From Eledone cirrhosa (lineage: Eukaryota), in contig OZ024747.1 of NCBI GenBank assembly GCA_964016885.1, positions 16,492,001 through 16,556,000 on the forward strand: DNA of 64,000 nucleotides. The letters run 5' to 3'. The notes under the pieces are model-generated. The model was not told where the DNA came from. It did no database searches and was given only the letters and a program-made list of their open reading frames with translations. Positions within the stretch are counted from its first letter, which is position 1, and each line of letters begins with the position of its first letter. This document shows positions 1 through 16,481 of this stretch, one piece after another. The translations under genes were made by a program, and so were the position numbers.

Positions 1-360
1 ATGGTCTGTACTTGCAACTTCCTAACTAGACCTACTCTTTATGGATCTGTGAAACTCACCTTTTCAAAATGTGTACTGAGTTAGTTAGTAACGTATCATG
101 GAGTCCCAATGCTCACATGCATAAATCAAAAGGCATAGTCAGAGTGGATTATCTGCAGGTTCCTGATTAGTTCAGCACAAACGTTCTCCTTTTCGCTAGT
201 CTTTATTATTTTATTTACATCTGTAAATATTGTAAAACATCTCTGAAACTCAGAATATTTACTCTCAGTCAAGCACTCATTTGGGCGTCAGACATTACAA
301 ATATGAACAGCTGGTATATTTCCAAACCCCGGTTAAGACTATTGGTGAACATAGGCACTA

Positions 361-545
361 ATAATTGTTTCTATTTTGGGCACAAGGCCAGCAATTACCC
401 AGTACATTACTGGTACTTTAGTTTATCGATCTCGTATGGATGAAAGGCAAAGTTAACATCGGCGGGATTTGAACTCAGATCGTAAAGGGACGTAACTATG
501 CTGGAAAGCATGTCCGACCCTCTACCAATACATCTAATTCACCGA
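361..545 (-). mobile_element. tRNA-derived SINE family A
   Basis: Reverse complement has box B (GAGTTCAAATCCC), core TTTGCCTTTCATCC..TCGATAAA..AGTACCAG and tail TGGCCTTGTGCC..TAGAAACAATTATT. About 11 copies in the window. Confidence 0.85.
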
Positions 546-842
546 TAATGGAATGAAAGAAGTTCAGTTGATGCGATCGCGCTTGGCCCAATACACGGTG
601 CAGTGAATAGTTAGTGATGATGATGATAATGTATAATGATTTATCTGATAATCATATATATCTTCTGTATTCAGAATATCTATATAGTTTGTATTTTAGT
701 TCAGTGTGAATTTAACTGATATATGTACACTTTAAGGAAGAAACTAGCTGCAGAAATGCAAAACAGAAGTTCGCAAGAAGACAAATCGATAAATACAATA
801 AGAAATAGTAACATATAACTTCGATAAATTTATATCACTTAC

Positions 843-1040
843 TTGGACATCAAATGGAAAATCATTCAACTCCAAGTTCTCCATGAAAGTCCCTTTAATC
901 ACCCGTTTCTCAACGATGTAAGCTTCACCTTTATCATTGAAGTTCACTCTGTGTCGAATATTTTCTTTTGGATCACCTAGTGTGTTTTCAATATAAAGTT
1001 TTGGACTCCAGTATTTCTTAATATCAATACCTTCAAGTGC
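843..1040 (-). CDS. Exon of a pentameric ligand-gated ion channel (Cys-less/Pro-loop type), extracellular domain
   Basis: 198 nt, phase 0, bounded by atatcag| (1043-1041) and |gtaagt (842-837). Encodes [19 protein letters not shown]...[17 protein letters not shown], containing loop A WxPxxxxxN and the FPFDxQ signature. Confidence 0.88.
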
Positions 1041-1223
1041 CTGATATATTTTAAAAAAAGAGATGAAAAACGAAATGTGATAAATAAAAAAGGAATACAA
1101 TGATGATACTGAAATAAAAAAAAAACAAAGAAATTTGATACGTATGTCAGAATTGTTACATCCACATAAATAACTTGTCTTCACATAAATTTCTATATAT
1201 AAATGAATATATACACACACAGA

Positions 1224-2270
<1,047 letters not shown>

Positions 2271-3261
2271 TTATTCATTTATTTATGTATATATATGTGT
2301 GTGTGTATATATATAAGCAAGTGCTTCGAAAATATCTGAAAATGAAAAACGATCAAGAAAAGTAATAACAAAATTTATAGGATTTAGAAATCAAAGCACG
2401 GAAAGGAATGTAAAGGAATTTCAGTTCAGTAGTTCGATTTATGTTATTCTTCATATAACATCGGAATTGTTTAAAATATGTGTGGGTATTGAGTTCTTGG
2501 GCAACAAACTGTTAAGTAAAGAAAAATAAAGTTACGTAACGAACGGTAAAGAAAACGATTTTTTTTCTTTCGTATACTGAATGTCCCCAGGATATAATCC
2601 TCTTGTTTGTTCAATGAAATATATGTATGAGTGAATATTTACGATTATAGATATACAATTGGCATTCGCACACAAGTATATAGACACATATCGCCAATGA
2701 AAACACAGCATCTTAAATTTGCATCTTAAATTTGTTCTCTATACAAAGATGTGTTGCGGTGGTATATGCGTGTATGTATGAATGGAAAGACAGTCATTGT
2801 TTTACTTCATTGGCTACCTGTCATGTTACCAAGGCTACCTGTCAAGTTATGGTTCATATTTAGTATATAATCTATATATACAACTATTCATACACATTTG
2901 CACACAAACCCAAACAATGTTTAGCAGAGTCGATAGAAGGTTGGATATAATATTTTGTCTTATTCCTTCAAGATCTCTATGGTTTGAATTCAAATTCCCA
3001 TAAGGTCAGCTCTGTCGAGATCGTTGTATATTCACTCAGTTAATGGTACAGAACCAGGGATAAGATACTAAACATCATCCCCAAATTTATCTGATTATCG
3101 GTGGATTCACCCGAACAAGAGCAAATGAATATACTAAAAAGTGGTATGGATGTAACTTCCAGATTTGCAGACAAAGCTTTTTTGGGGAATAATGTCCCAT
3201 CAAACCACATCGAAAAACTACACATATATCAATGTACTTTAAACAGAATACCATGTATAAA

Positions 3262-3450
3262 TGTTTCTACGTTTGGCTCAAGGCCAGCCATTATTCCAAT
3301 GCATGACTGGTGCTTTATTTTATTGGCCCTGTAAGGATGAATGCCAAAGTTAACCATAGTGGGATTTGAACTGAGACCGTAAAAAGTCATAACTCCATGC
3401 TGAATAGTATGGCGTCCGACCTTCTACCGATACTGCCAATCCACCGCCCT
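3262..3450 (-). mobile_element. SINE family A copy
   Basis: Colinear with 361-545 and 32456-32641. Confidence 0.85.
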
Positions 3451-4409
3451 ACCATGTATAAATAACAACAAATACAGTTCAACTGGTGTATTCTTACATT
3501 GATGAAACATATATAGCCATCGAAATCATCGGTAGTCAGAATATTTTGTTGGTTTCATAGAAAAGGTTTCGTAACTCTATGTCGCGATGTATGGGTATGA
3601 CGTTCTACCAATAATTCAACAACAATACAACATCATCCAACAATGTTGAGGGTGTGGGAAGCCAATTTAATTCGCCACACTTAATAATGATGGCAATTAT
3701 AGTGATGTCTTCTTACAAGTAAAACCACGTGTTATTCGTTTCTTTGTTAATATTCGAGAACTATTGTATATTAGGAGCTTATATTATTAACTCAAGTCAG
3801 ATTCACAAGAACATTGACCCTTTAACACGATTTGAACTTGCATTCATGAAATGAGGCGAAACTAAATACTGTCTGGCGATCGTTTTTCAGCTCGACGCTA
3901 CTTCTGTCCTGATACATTACAAAGAAACGATATACTGGACTACAACAATGAAGTCGATCCTTATAGCAATAGGACTTAGATTACTTCCATTATATTCAGA
4001 GAATTCTCATTAAGATCTTATTTATTCAAAATCTAATTTTTCTACCTATTTCACAGCACTTGACTTATCTAATAACATACTCTTTTGCTATTGGCTGCAT
4101 CTAATTCTAGAACAGAAAGATATAAAAACTAAAAGAATATGTTAAAAAAAATATATATATCGTTATCAGGAAAATCAAGATAAATATATAGCGAAATCCG
4201 GAAAAAAGACAAAAAAGAAGAAGAAACGAAAGCAAGCCTAACAATAAAGAAACGATCTTCTAACGACATGATAATGCCAGATATATTCTAGAAAAGTAAT
4301 TTGTAAAGTTTCGATTTGTCAAAGAACAATTATTTTCGCGATGCTGGCACGTATCTGATCAATCTTACGACTGTATCTCCCTACGTCTCTCTTCCCGCTT
4401 CTCTGTCTT

Positions 4410-4509
<100 letters not shown>

Positions 4510-4510
4510 T

Positions 4511-4588
4511 ATAGGGTTTCCCAAAAGTGAATATACACTTTGATCAGAATACTGTTGGAGTGTGTATACATTTGTTGGTCACCCTGTA
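4511..4588. mobile_element. Tiny Tc1/mariner-type MITE
   Basis: Imperfect TIRs ATAGGGTTTCCCAAAAGTGAATATACAC and GTGTATACATTTGTTGGTCACCCTGTA, TA flanks, CAGGGTG-type end. Confidence 0.55.
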
Positions 4589-5044
4589 TATACATATATA
4601 TATATATGTACACACACACAGACACACGCACACAGACACACGCTAACACACACACACCACACTCACATATACACACGTACACACACACGCACACATGCAT
4701 ACACACACACATACACACATACATATATATATATATGAAAAAAATAAAAGTATACTGTTTCAGTTTTTGAGTTGTTTTGTTTGAAAACATTCACTTTTCT
4801 TTTGGAATTATCGTTTATATTTTCACTCTATTTTAAATTTGATTCATTTCATTTCATTTTTGCCTGATATAAAATTTTGTTAATTTTTATGAACTCATTT
4901 CAGACAAAAAAAAATAAAAGAAAAACGTCACAAAACATCTGCCCACCTCATGAAATATCAGGTATAAATGGACAAAGAATCGATCTTCAGCTTGCATCAC
5001 GTACATTTACTTTTAGGTTTTAACATAGGCTTTTACCAAATAAT

Positions 5045-5170
5045 GATTTCTACTATAAGCACAAGGCCAGCAGTTTTTGGGGGTGAGAGGGAGTTCGATT
5101 AAATTGATACCAGTTAATTACTGGTTCTTTTTTTATCGTCCCCGTAAGGATAAAAGACAAAACTAACGAC
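5045..5170 (-). mobile_element. Partial SINE (family A variant, 3' half)
   Basis: GCACAAGGCCAGCA...CTGGTTCTTTTTTTATCGTCCCCGTAAGGATAAAAG matches the SINE 3' half. Confidence 0.65.
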
Positions 5171-7526
5171 ACCACCTTAATAATAATAAGAAATTAAGAC
5201 ATCAATAATATGAGATAACATATATTTACTTTTATTATAACTGATTTCTATACGAGGATAAATGTGTTCAGTTAAAGAATCATATTTCGTGTATGTTTTA
5301 GATGCATGTTTTAGAGCAAAAGTAAGTATATGTAGATCAAATACGCTTCTCTTTCTTTCAAACATGTCAAAAATCACAATAACGAAATTTCAATTGTCAG
5401 AATTCATTAGAATTATTTTTTTAGTTTACTGTATATTAATGATTAGTCTTCGTTTTAGACTGACTAAAATACACTTTCGAATGAATAATAATCGGTTTCC
5501 ACGTTCCTTAAATACACGTTCGTAAATTTACTCACTAGTTAAATTCAAAATGCTGTCAGTCGAAGCTAGGAGTCTCAACGAGGCGAAAGATATCACGATT
5601 TTTATGGCGGAAAATTGTTGAGAACATACAACAACACTTTGCCCGGGAACCAGTCCGTCGTAAGCTCAACACACACTTACTGCTGCAGCTGCTACTCAGT
5701 TTGAGCTAACAGAAATGGAGCAGGCTGATACAAAGGACATTGTTCAAAGATACAAGGTGCCCCCTATTCCTACTTCGGAGATCAATATATGGCATTATGA
5801 TCTCGAAAACAACACACATACCACTATGATGCGTCCCTAGTTTTCATTCAACTTTTTTCTTTTCATTTATGCAGAACTATGTAGAACAGCTATGTGAGTA
5901 ACACTGCAAACCAGCAATGATAGAATGAAATATCAGATGTAAAGTATCAAAAGAACAGATCAATGAAAATATAGGAAAATACAAAACAAACAAAGAAGTC
6001 ATTTCCCTTTGAAAAAAATGTCGAGTTATCTTTAAACAAACCTATATGTTATTGTCTTTTCTGCCAAGCAAATTTATTGATTTAGCCAATCGATAAAAAA
6101 ATAAAACAACAATTTGAAACAAAAAATATGTCGATATTATTTCTAAGAACTGTTATACCATTTCATCTGCAAGATCACAGGTAATGTAACAATAGTTATC
6201 AAATATGATTTTAGGAAATAATTGATTTGAGATCAACTTGAAAACAATATAGTTCAGTTGATTTTTGGTTAAATAAATGAATTTAATGGACTAAAATTAA
6301 CTTCGGATTATCAACAACTACTATATTGTTCATATTGATTTTCTTGTTGCTGAGCTGTCCTGGGGTCCTTTCATCACTCGGTTTTATGTGATTAAGGTAG
6401 CCAATCAAATTCGAAGGAGGAAAACAGAGTTCCATTTTTGCTAACTAGCAATAGCTCTGGTTTGTCTTTGTTTACCTCTACGACATTTCCGATTGAACAA
6501 TATTATCACCAAATGTTTTCCAATCCTGAACATAACGTCATTTGACTCGCGAATTGCATATCGAGTGGGAGGAGAGCTTTATCCCTTGTTGTGTTCACGT
6601 TTCAAGATGTTAAATTGTGTGTGGATGAAGGTTATCCGCTATTTTTAGCTCGACAGTCGACTATGCAGTTGTTCTATCATTGGCGAGTAGCCAGTACATT
6701 AAAAGTTAAAACGCAATAGTATACAATGTTGTGAATGTACTCGCTTATTCTATCATCATATCTTCACCAATAGTGGGGAAGTCCGTGTAATTCTGAGAAG
6801 AAGTAATATGACCACAATAAGCCCAAGATACACCACAGTTAATGTCTAAATATTTAAATTTGTATTGCTTAACAAGCAAATATTGAAATGTCTCCACCGT
6901 TAAAGATTATGCCTAATGGCATTATTCCGTCCTTATATATTAATTATGTAACAAATCTAATTAGCAATTCAGGTGGTAGAATTAGGTATATCCCAATGGT
7001 TATTGAACGTTCATGGATTAGTAATCTATTCACGGGTATTAAACATCTGGTTCATATAATTCTTAACGCTGTTGTTGGTTCATTTTAATTCAAACATAAC
7101 TAGAAGTTGCTCATTTTACACCAACCACTACCACAGTGTACCAATGTAATGATAGTGAAGGAAAGTATTGCTCAGTCAATGGTAGTAAATATGTTGCCGA
7201 TGGCGTTAGACATATTACATTTTAAGCACGCTGAATCCATATCATGTCATGGTCTCCTTTTTGCTAGCACTTAAATACACAATCATATATTTCATGCTAT
7301 TAAAATACTTATGTATTCAGAAAGATTAGTCTATTTGTAGGAGGGTAATTATGCCATTGATATTATATTTAAGATAGCTAGGTCACTATACAATGAATAA
7401 TGCATGGAGGGTGTACTGTATAAAGTAACATGTTTCTATTAGGAATGAAATATTATGCTTAGTGGATATTGGCCAGCGTTTCTACACAAAAGTTTAGGCT
7501 TCCACAAACATGTCTACTCTTTGACA

Positions 7527-7606
<80 letters not shown>

Positions 7607-7677
7607 GGAAAAAATGAAACAAAATTTAATTTCTCACTCTTAGTACGGTTGTTACTTAAATATAAGTATGCATACGG

Positions 7678-8258
7678 ACATACATATATGTATACAGACG
7701 TACAGTAGTGTGTATATATATACATACATGCACACATATATATATGTACGTATGGATTCAGCGAACATTTATTATAATGCTCGGTGTGTTTGTAAACAAA
7801 CATCCCGAATTAAGCCGTACAGTGTCTAGCAACCATCATTGCTCATTTGTTCAACACTGACAAAGGAACGCTGTACTGGTTTCAAGCTTATTAGCTATCG
7901 TCAGCAACGTATACCTTCCTGCCAGATGGTTGAACGTCTGAAAGTATATACTTTCCTAATGCATATTAACGGCAGAGCAGCCTAATTTGCATATCGAGTG
8001 AGTTAATCGGCCGGGGTACCGAAAACTTGTACAGCGGCTTGAAACTAGTAATGCGTTCCTTTGTCAGTGTTGAACAAATCAGCAACGATGTTTGCTAGAC
8101 ACTGTACGGCTTAATTCGGGATGTTTGTTTACAAACACACCGAGCATTATAATACATTTTCGGTGAATCCATAGGTACATATATATATATGTGTGTGTGC
8201 ATGTATGTATTTATATATATATACATACTACTGTACGTCTGTATACATATATGTATGT
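7678..8258. mobile_element. Foldback/MITE-like element with ~210-bp inverted arms
   Basis: 7678-7887 is the reverse complement of 8037-8258 (e.g. AAACAAACATCCCGAATTAAGCCGTACAGTGTCTAGCAA vs TTGCTAGACACTGTACGGCTTAATTCGGGATGTTTGTTT). Confidence 0.85.
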
Positions 8259-8262
8259 ACAT

Positions 8263-8297
<35 letters not shown>

Positions 8298-8301
<4 letters not shown>

Positions 8302-8512
8302 AAGAAATTATAAGATGGTTAAAAATGTTCCATGTATTTTATTATGCGCAGTTCAAAATCAAATATCATCCAGGGACGATATTTGCGTTCTCATCAGATA
8401 AAATAGGGAGACATTATATGAAGCTTTAAAAAGACACTTGTGAGCAAGGTAGTGTCTAAACAACATGTGTAAATACATGGAACTTTTTTAACCATCTTTT
8501 AATTTCTTCTTA
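8298..8512 (-). mobile_element. Short Penelope-derived element with hammerhead (8335-8405) and inverted 40-bp tail duplication
   Basis: Minus strand reads tattttat CTGATGA [stem II] GAAC TGCGC ATA ataaaata. 8298-8340 is inverted at 8471-8512. Same family as 56400-56570. Confidence 0.75.
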
Positions 8513-8518
8513 TATATA

Positions 8519-8705
<187 letters not shown>

Positions 8706-8788
8706 CCAGAGAGTGTAAGGCCGAGTTACTGTAGGTTAAGCCGGCTGAGCACTCGATGTTTAAGTTCACATTATTTACACATTCATAA

Positions 8789-8880
8789 TTTTCAGCAGGC
8801 AAAGGGAGTGCTAAGCTTTGAGGAGTACCAACAGTACGAAAGAGAGATTTGTCACCTTATCTCACCTTGTTTGCTGAAAA
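8789..8880 (+). ncRNA. Degenerate type I hammerhead ribozyme
   Basis: taagct TTGAGGA gtac-caaca-gtac GAAA gagagattt GTC acctta. Flanking TTTTCAGCAGGCAA/TTGTTTGCTGAAAA extends stem I. The core is mutated. Confidence 0.5.
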
Positions 8881-8991
8881 AAGAAGTAAGTGACATAGTC
8901 TCTACTTTAAAACAATAGCGTAAGGTCTTCAAAATTATTTTAATTAAGCATACAGTGTATTGCAAAATACACTATGTAATATATATATATA

Positions 8992-9995
8992 TAACGGAGG
9001 AGTTGTGTGAAGGAACCAGATGGACCATAACGCACCAGAGTACTCAATACTTAGGGTAGTAGAGTGGGCAATAGGAGAAAGTATGACCACGACGTCAGAG
9101 CTCAAGCCGTTTCGACCTCTATTTCTGGACTAAAGTAAGAGTTTTTTTAGTCTGGTAAATAAATAGCCGAACATTTCAAGCGTACTTCCTTATATGGAAA
9201 TATTGTAGTTGTCAAGGGGATTTGTCAACATGTGTAGCGGACACAGACAAGTCTATCATGGCAGTGGATACGGGGTTCGGATGGCTAAACTTGCCTGTAG
9301 AACGATAGGGGAGGGGGTAGAGCCGGTCAAGCGTAGAAGGTGAAATCTACACGGCAAATTCAAAGGAATGTCTATGAAAAGGCCAGAGGAGGTTGGCGAA
9401 AAATGGAAACGAACGAGGAAGAAGTTCGGTGGTGGAAAGAAGTGATAGGGGGAGACAAAGGGAAGAAGAGAACATGGAGGAAAAGAAAAGAGGTACATCT
9501 ACCTATATCAGTAGGGGATTACCCTATCTTTTTCGGCAAGTGGGGTGTTTCAGCCCTAGTCTACCCACCCGGATCGTTAGGGGCTTTGAGGGCGATGTAA
9601 GTCTTCCGCAATCTCTGTTTGCATGCAGTTCCCAGTTCGACTTTTTATTTAGGAGTTGATCCTTTGTAAACAGCATTTGTAATGTTTCCTCCGAGCATAA
9701 GTTACACGGACGGCATTTTCCCGTGTACGAGTTAGCTCTGGACAGTAAGCTCCAAGTAAGATGGTAAGTTACATTATTATCTTGGAGGTCCCTCAACCTC
9801 GGAAATGACCTGTACTACCCATACATGAAACCAAACGACAACCTGCACTACATCCACCGCCGCTCTAACCATCCTAGAAACATCATCAATAATCTAGTTA
9901 AAAACATCTCCCTCCACATGCCTCGTTTGTCCGCCCCACATATCTCGTTTGTCGGCTAATGAGCAGCTATTCGACAAACATGCGACTCATTATAA
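8992..9995. mobile_element. Rearranged Penelope-like fragment: terminal repeat + GIY-YIG C-terminus (minus) fused to RT thumb fragment (plus)
   Basis: 9524-9796(-) LTWSLLSRANSYTGKCRPCNLCSEE..LLNKKS parallels the C-terminus of 51310-52467. ~9795-9990(+) YYPYMKPNDNLHYIHRRSNHP parallels YAPYHKPNERLTYVNAGSNHP. 8992-9120 matches the tail at 44880-45008. Confidence 0.8.
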
Positions 9996-10450
9996 CCAGA
10001 CCCTCAAGCTCTTTCAATAGAGAGTGCATACCCTCCACGTATTCCTTTTTGTAACACCTAACGCATTTTCCGTATGCAGACCCACGTGTTTATCTCATAC
10101 TTCTCTTGCGTACTACCTCATATCCATACACGTTCCTTCTGTTTTCTTATATATATTCTGTACGCATTTTCTTTGTACGGTCTGAGCAGACTATGTACTG
10201 TAATACCATGAACGCCCATTATGTGGCCTTGCGTGAAGATTGCATACGTAGATTGATCCATGTTCGCAACGTAACAACATCTCTGTAGACACATATAACT
10301 GGGCGGACCCTTTCATGTATAGAACACTGTGCGTATCTCTATGTGCCGTTATATGTATATTTTTTATATGTTTAATATTGTTAATATTTTTTATATTTTT
10401 AATATATTTTATATCATATATTTTTTCATATATATGTATATGCGTATATG

Positions 10451-11615
<1,165 letters not shown>

Positions 11616-12370
11616 ATTATTATGTTTTCATATATTTTTTATGCGTGCGTGGGTGTGTATGGGAATGACCGCATATTTGTAGGAGTGTATATGGGCCTGT
11701 GTGTGTGTGTACAAGCACCCCTGTAGGGAAAGGGCTTGTTTGTGTGTATATATATGTATATGCGTGTTTACGAACGAATGTGTATCTGTGCGTGTATATA
11801 TGGGTACATGTGTTTGTGTGTACGTGTGTGCATATGTATGAGCATGTGTGTGTGCGGGTTTATGTATATAGGCCTGTGGGCATGTGTCTATGTATATACG
11901 TGCCTCTCTGAATGAATGTATGCGTTTATATGTGTATATGTTCTCCTTAATGTGTGGGTATAGCAGGAGCCTATGCGTACAACTGTCGGTATCTATATGG
12001 TAGTGTGTGTGTGTGTGTATGTGTATATGTCAGTGCGCGCGTGGATGTGTGGACTACCAAACACAGCAGTAATTAATTGAAGTGTAGTAGACATGCGACA
12101 GCGGATAATACCTCTGGTCAGTATTTATGATGACGTAGGCAACCAACAGCCAATCACTGGACGCGCGAAGAGGATGAGGTTTTGGACAGTACTTGACAGG
12201 GTTAGATATGCCAGTGGAAGAATATGTTCCGAAATCTTTAGACGTGTCCGTCGAACCTGCGGGTCCAGAATCAGACAGATCCCACAATGTTCGCGTCTCG
12301 AGCTGTTCGCCGGCGAAACAGTTGTAACAGACAATAAATTGAGTTCAGATGCATCACTGATTTTTCGTTT

Positions 12371-12450
<80 letters not shown>

Positions 12451-13934
12451 TCTTCTCTGTGAGTTTTCAAGTCTAAGAGCGAAAAGTCCCATTTTTAGAT
12501 CTGGACGCAAACTCACACATGCCGTGTAACGTGCGACTGTGCTACAATTAAACCAAAGTGTACCTAATCATTTTTCCTCTTAAATTATGCCAAATCAATC
12601 AACCGCGATATACAAAATGCTTCTTTATAGAAGTGTTGAGAGAGTTACGTATTTTGAATTTTAAATCTAACTTAAGTTTAACAACTTCATCACACGTTTG
12701 GGAATTATGAAAAATTGTATCAACCTGGAGGGAAAATAGTGCACAACGTCACTCGTTGGATTCAAATTCATACCTACTATGTGCAAATGATTCAGTTAAT
12801 ATTTGTATTTGGAAAGGACGTCAGGAAGATGAAGCATTATATATCTACATTAATAGATATTCATGAGTTCCGAAAATTAAGTAATTTAAACAAAGGAAAA
12901 AAAAACAGTTCGTGAGAAGAAATATCATGCGTCATTTTGTAAAATGATAACTGTCATTATAAGATACATTGTTTACAGGGGGGAATGTCTTATTTTGAAT
13001 ATATTCATAGCTATTGAAACATTTCAAGAAACAAAAATAAAAAATAAATGAGATATTTATTGGTATTATCATATCCTCGAATGACTCATGAGAATGACTT
13101 CAATGTTTAACAAAATTTCATTTTGTTTTGCTTTATTTTTGAATAAATCGAATTCATATGTTTCGTATAACTATTATAATAAATTTATTTGACTTCCCTG
13201 GGAAAATACAAAAAGAAAATATTCTTATTTAACATACCTATTGAGAATTATTTGACTATCTAGACAGGAAATTTATTTCAGTGAACTACATAGGTATTAA
13301 CATCGTACCTCTTCATTCAGTCTTTATGGATCTTTGTTATTCAATATCTTTTCTGTGTTTATTCCTTGTTGTATTTAAAGATTTCTAAAGTGAATGGTTT
13401 ATATCACACTGGAGAATAGTTTACGATTTTTAACGCCCCTTGTTTGTCAGAGGAATACAAGTAAAAGATCTAACGTTTCTTTTTTATCTTAAGAGACTTT
13501 TCATATTTCATATCCTGTACAAATAATTCATTTTTATACGTTTCTTTTAACCTACCTTTTCAGGTGGTGAAATTTAAGTAAATATAACCAAATTTTATGA
13601 TTGATTAAAATATAAAGATTCGATATCAAAGTTATGTCGTATTATTGGAAAGACGTGAACGATATGTTTCCTTCTATTATAACTGTATTATTCATAAATA
13701 TTCCCAATGTAATGTTACGAATTTGAAGGTTTTAAGGTGACATTATCATTCATCACAAAATTCACTGTTTTAAATAAGTCACATCTCAGCTTTCTATTTT
13801 CCCCTAAGCCTTTATTCAGTATTTACACAATCAATATGTCATGATATTGATCATTGAGGCTGCACGAGGAAAATAGAAGTGAAATTACTAATCATGCATA
13901 TTCTCAGTCTTATTATAATCATTTCATTATATCT

Positions 13935-14019
<85 letters not shown>

Positions 14020-14199
14020 TGACCAGCGTGTATATTGTTTTATTTCCAGATGACCTCCCTTTACCCTTTTGGGGAGAGCGTGTATTTTTATTTGGGAGGA
14101 CTGCTGGATTTTAATCTACCAGTCTCTTCTTAGCGCTGAGGGAGAACATCACCATTCTGTTAATGTCGATATAATTCTTATATCGTTATTAATTGGGCA

Positions 14200-14323
14200 T
14201 CCACTGATGAGTTTATAAGAGCGCACTTGTATATAAAACTATGGATTATATACAAGTTTCTACATAATCTGGAAATTATTTATCCCAAATTATAGAAATC
14301 TCATAACGAAACGGCCGTCTGGA
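14200..14323 (+). ncRNA. Type I hammerhead ribozyme with expanded stem II (in TA-flanked element ~14014-14507)
   Basis: tcca CTGATGA (14204-10) ... GAAAC GGCC GTC tgga (14308-23). Intact core, palindromic stem III ACGGCCGT, GUC cleavage site. Confidence 0.75.
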
Positions 14324-14563
14324 AGAAATGAGATATGTATTTAATAATGTCTCATATAAAATAATACAACCAATTATCCACGAACTACTGATTAGGTAGC
14401 ACCTCAAACACTACATTGTGATAATAGTTAAGTATATCCTAATGTTTGTTGAGTGAGATGGAGTTGGTCGGAGTATCGCTTAAGGCTTTCTCTGTTTATG
14501 TATTGTATATATATATATATATACATAAATATACACGGGTGTGTATGATTGTGTATAGAAGAT

Positions 14564-15534
14564 TATATTAATAAAAGAAATTCCAACTTTATCTAATTTA
14601 CTCGTTTTATTTACAATAATTTAAAATTATAATGATATTATAATGAAATAGTATGGTAGAATATTAAGTGTTAAATGTTAATTGAACAAGTACTTTCATG
14701 CTTTCGAAATCTTCAGCTTCATATTCAGTGGTGACAGTCAAGTTTTCAATTTTTGACTGTAATGAGATGGGCAAAATCTCTGCCCTATAGACAGTAAAAA
14801 CGGGCTACAGAATGCTAAGTTTTGCAAACTGTATTTCAATTAATCGGTGTGTAGTTTCACTAGATTACTAAAGCTGGTTGGTTTAGGCGTCACGGTTGGT
14901 TGAGCATGTCTAACGACTTCTATTTGACCATATCCAAAGCATCAATTGTTTTGATATTTTGAAAAATGATGAAAATAGCATTTTCTAAGGTTTTTAATAA
15001 AAATCTTCAGTAATCATCAACATCAACAACACTTTTATTATTATTGTTATTGTTGTTGTTAGTGGTGGTAGTCGACATGGTCGTAGGCGTAGTCATAGTA
15101 GAAGTAATACCCCTAACCATTATTTTTGTTCATTTAGCTTGGTCTGGAATTTATCAATAAAATTATTTTCTTTAATTTTTCTCTTGATTTCATTTGGGTT
15201 GTGTAGTTTGTAGAAAGGGAAATATTATAAATATTTTTTGACCACATGTTGCTAGATGGTTACTCAGGTGTATCTGACGGACATTTGGGTCTCTGATTTG
15301 CTGTTGGTGCACCCGTGCACGTTCCGATTTTACCCATCTCATTACAGTCAAAAATTGCAAACTTGACTGTCACCACTGAATGTGAACCTGAAGATTGCGA
15401 AAACATGAAAGTACTTTTTCAATTAACATTTAACACTTACTATTCTACCATACTATTTCATTATAATATCATTATAATTTTAAGGATTGTAAATAAAACG
15501 AGTAAATCAAAGTTGTAATTTCTTTTATTAATAT
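14564..15534. mobile_element. Foldback/non-autonomous DNA transposon with ~210-bp TIRs
   Basis: 14564-14778 is the reverse complement of 15327-15534 (e.g. TTCAGTGGTGACAGTCAAGTTT / AAACTTGACTGTCACCACTGAA). Confidence 0.85.
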
Positions 15535-15649
15535 ATATATATACATATATATATACCTATATACACACAGATGTACACACGCACGCACAAACACATACAC
15601 ACACACACGCGCACACACACACACAAACACACATATATATATATCTATG

Positions 15650-15776
<127 letters not shown>

Positions 15777-15833
15777 GTATATATATGTAAATATAAATGT
15801 TTATATGTATATATATATGTATATATACATATG

Positions 15834-15869
<36 letters not shown>

Positions 15870-15979
15870 AATAATAATAATAAATTTGAAGACTAAAATC
15901 CAAAGAGAGCTCGATAAGGATACATTATTAGTGCTTAAACTTTAACTGTTATTTTAATAAATATATATATATTTATATA

Positions 15980-16086
<107 letters not shown>

Positions 16087-16409
16087 GTTTGCGAGTGCGT
16101 GTGTACATCTGTGTGTATATATGTATATATGTGACAACTTTGAACCTGTTTCGATATAATATATTGATTGAAACAGTAGGTTTTGTCCAACGATACAAAC
16201 CTGAAGTTAAAGCTTACCTAAACATCAAAAAATCATTTATGAATAGAAAATTACATTGTGTATTGAAGTCGATGTTTTTATTACCTAGATATAACTCCCT
16301 ACACTAGATTAATTTATAATAAACAAGTTATTAATCCAACAATGTGTATAACAATAATATATATATATGTATGTATATATACTATAGTATAATACATATA
16401 TATATATAC

Positions 16410-16481
<72 letters not shown>

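Noticed and set aside
12300-12345. GAAAC-AGTT-GTA-acagac-AATAAA half-hammerhead
   Set aside because: No convincing CUGANGA with a matching stem I upstream; probably a decayed PLE tail.
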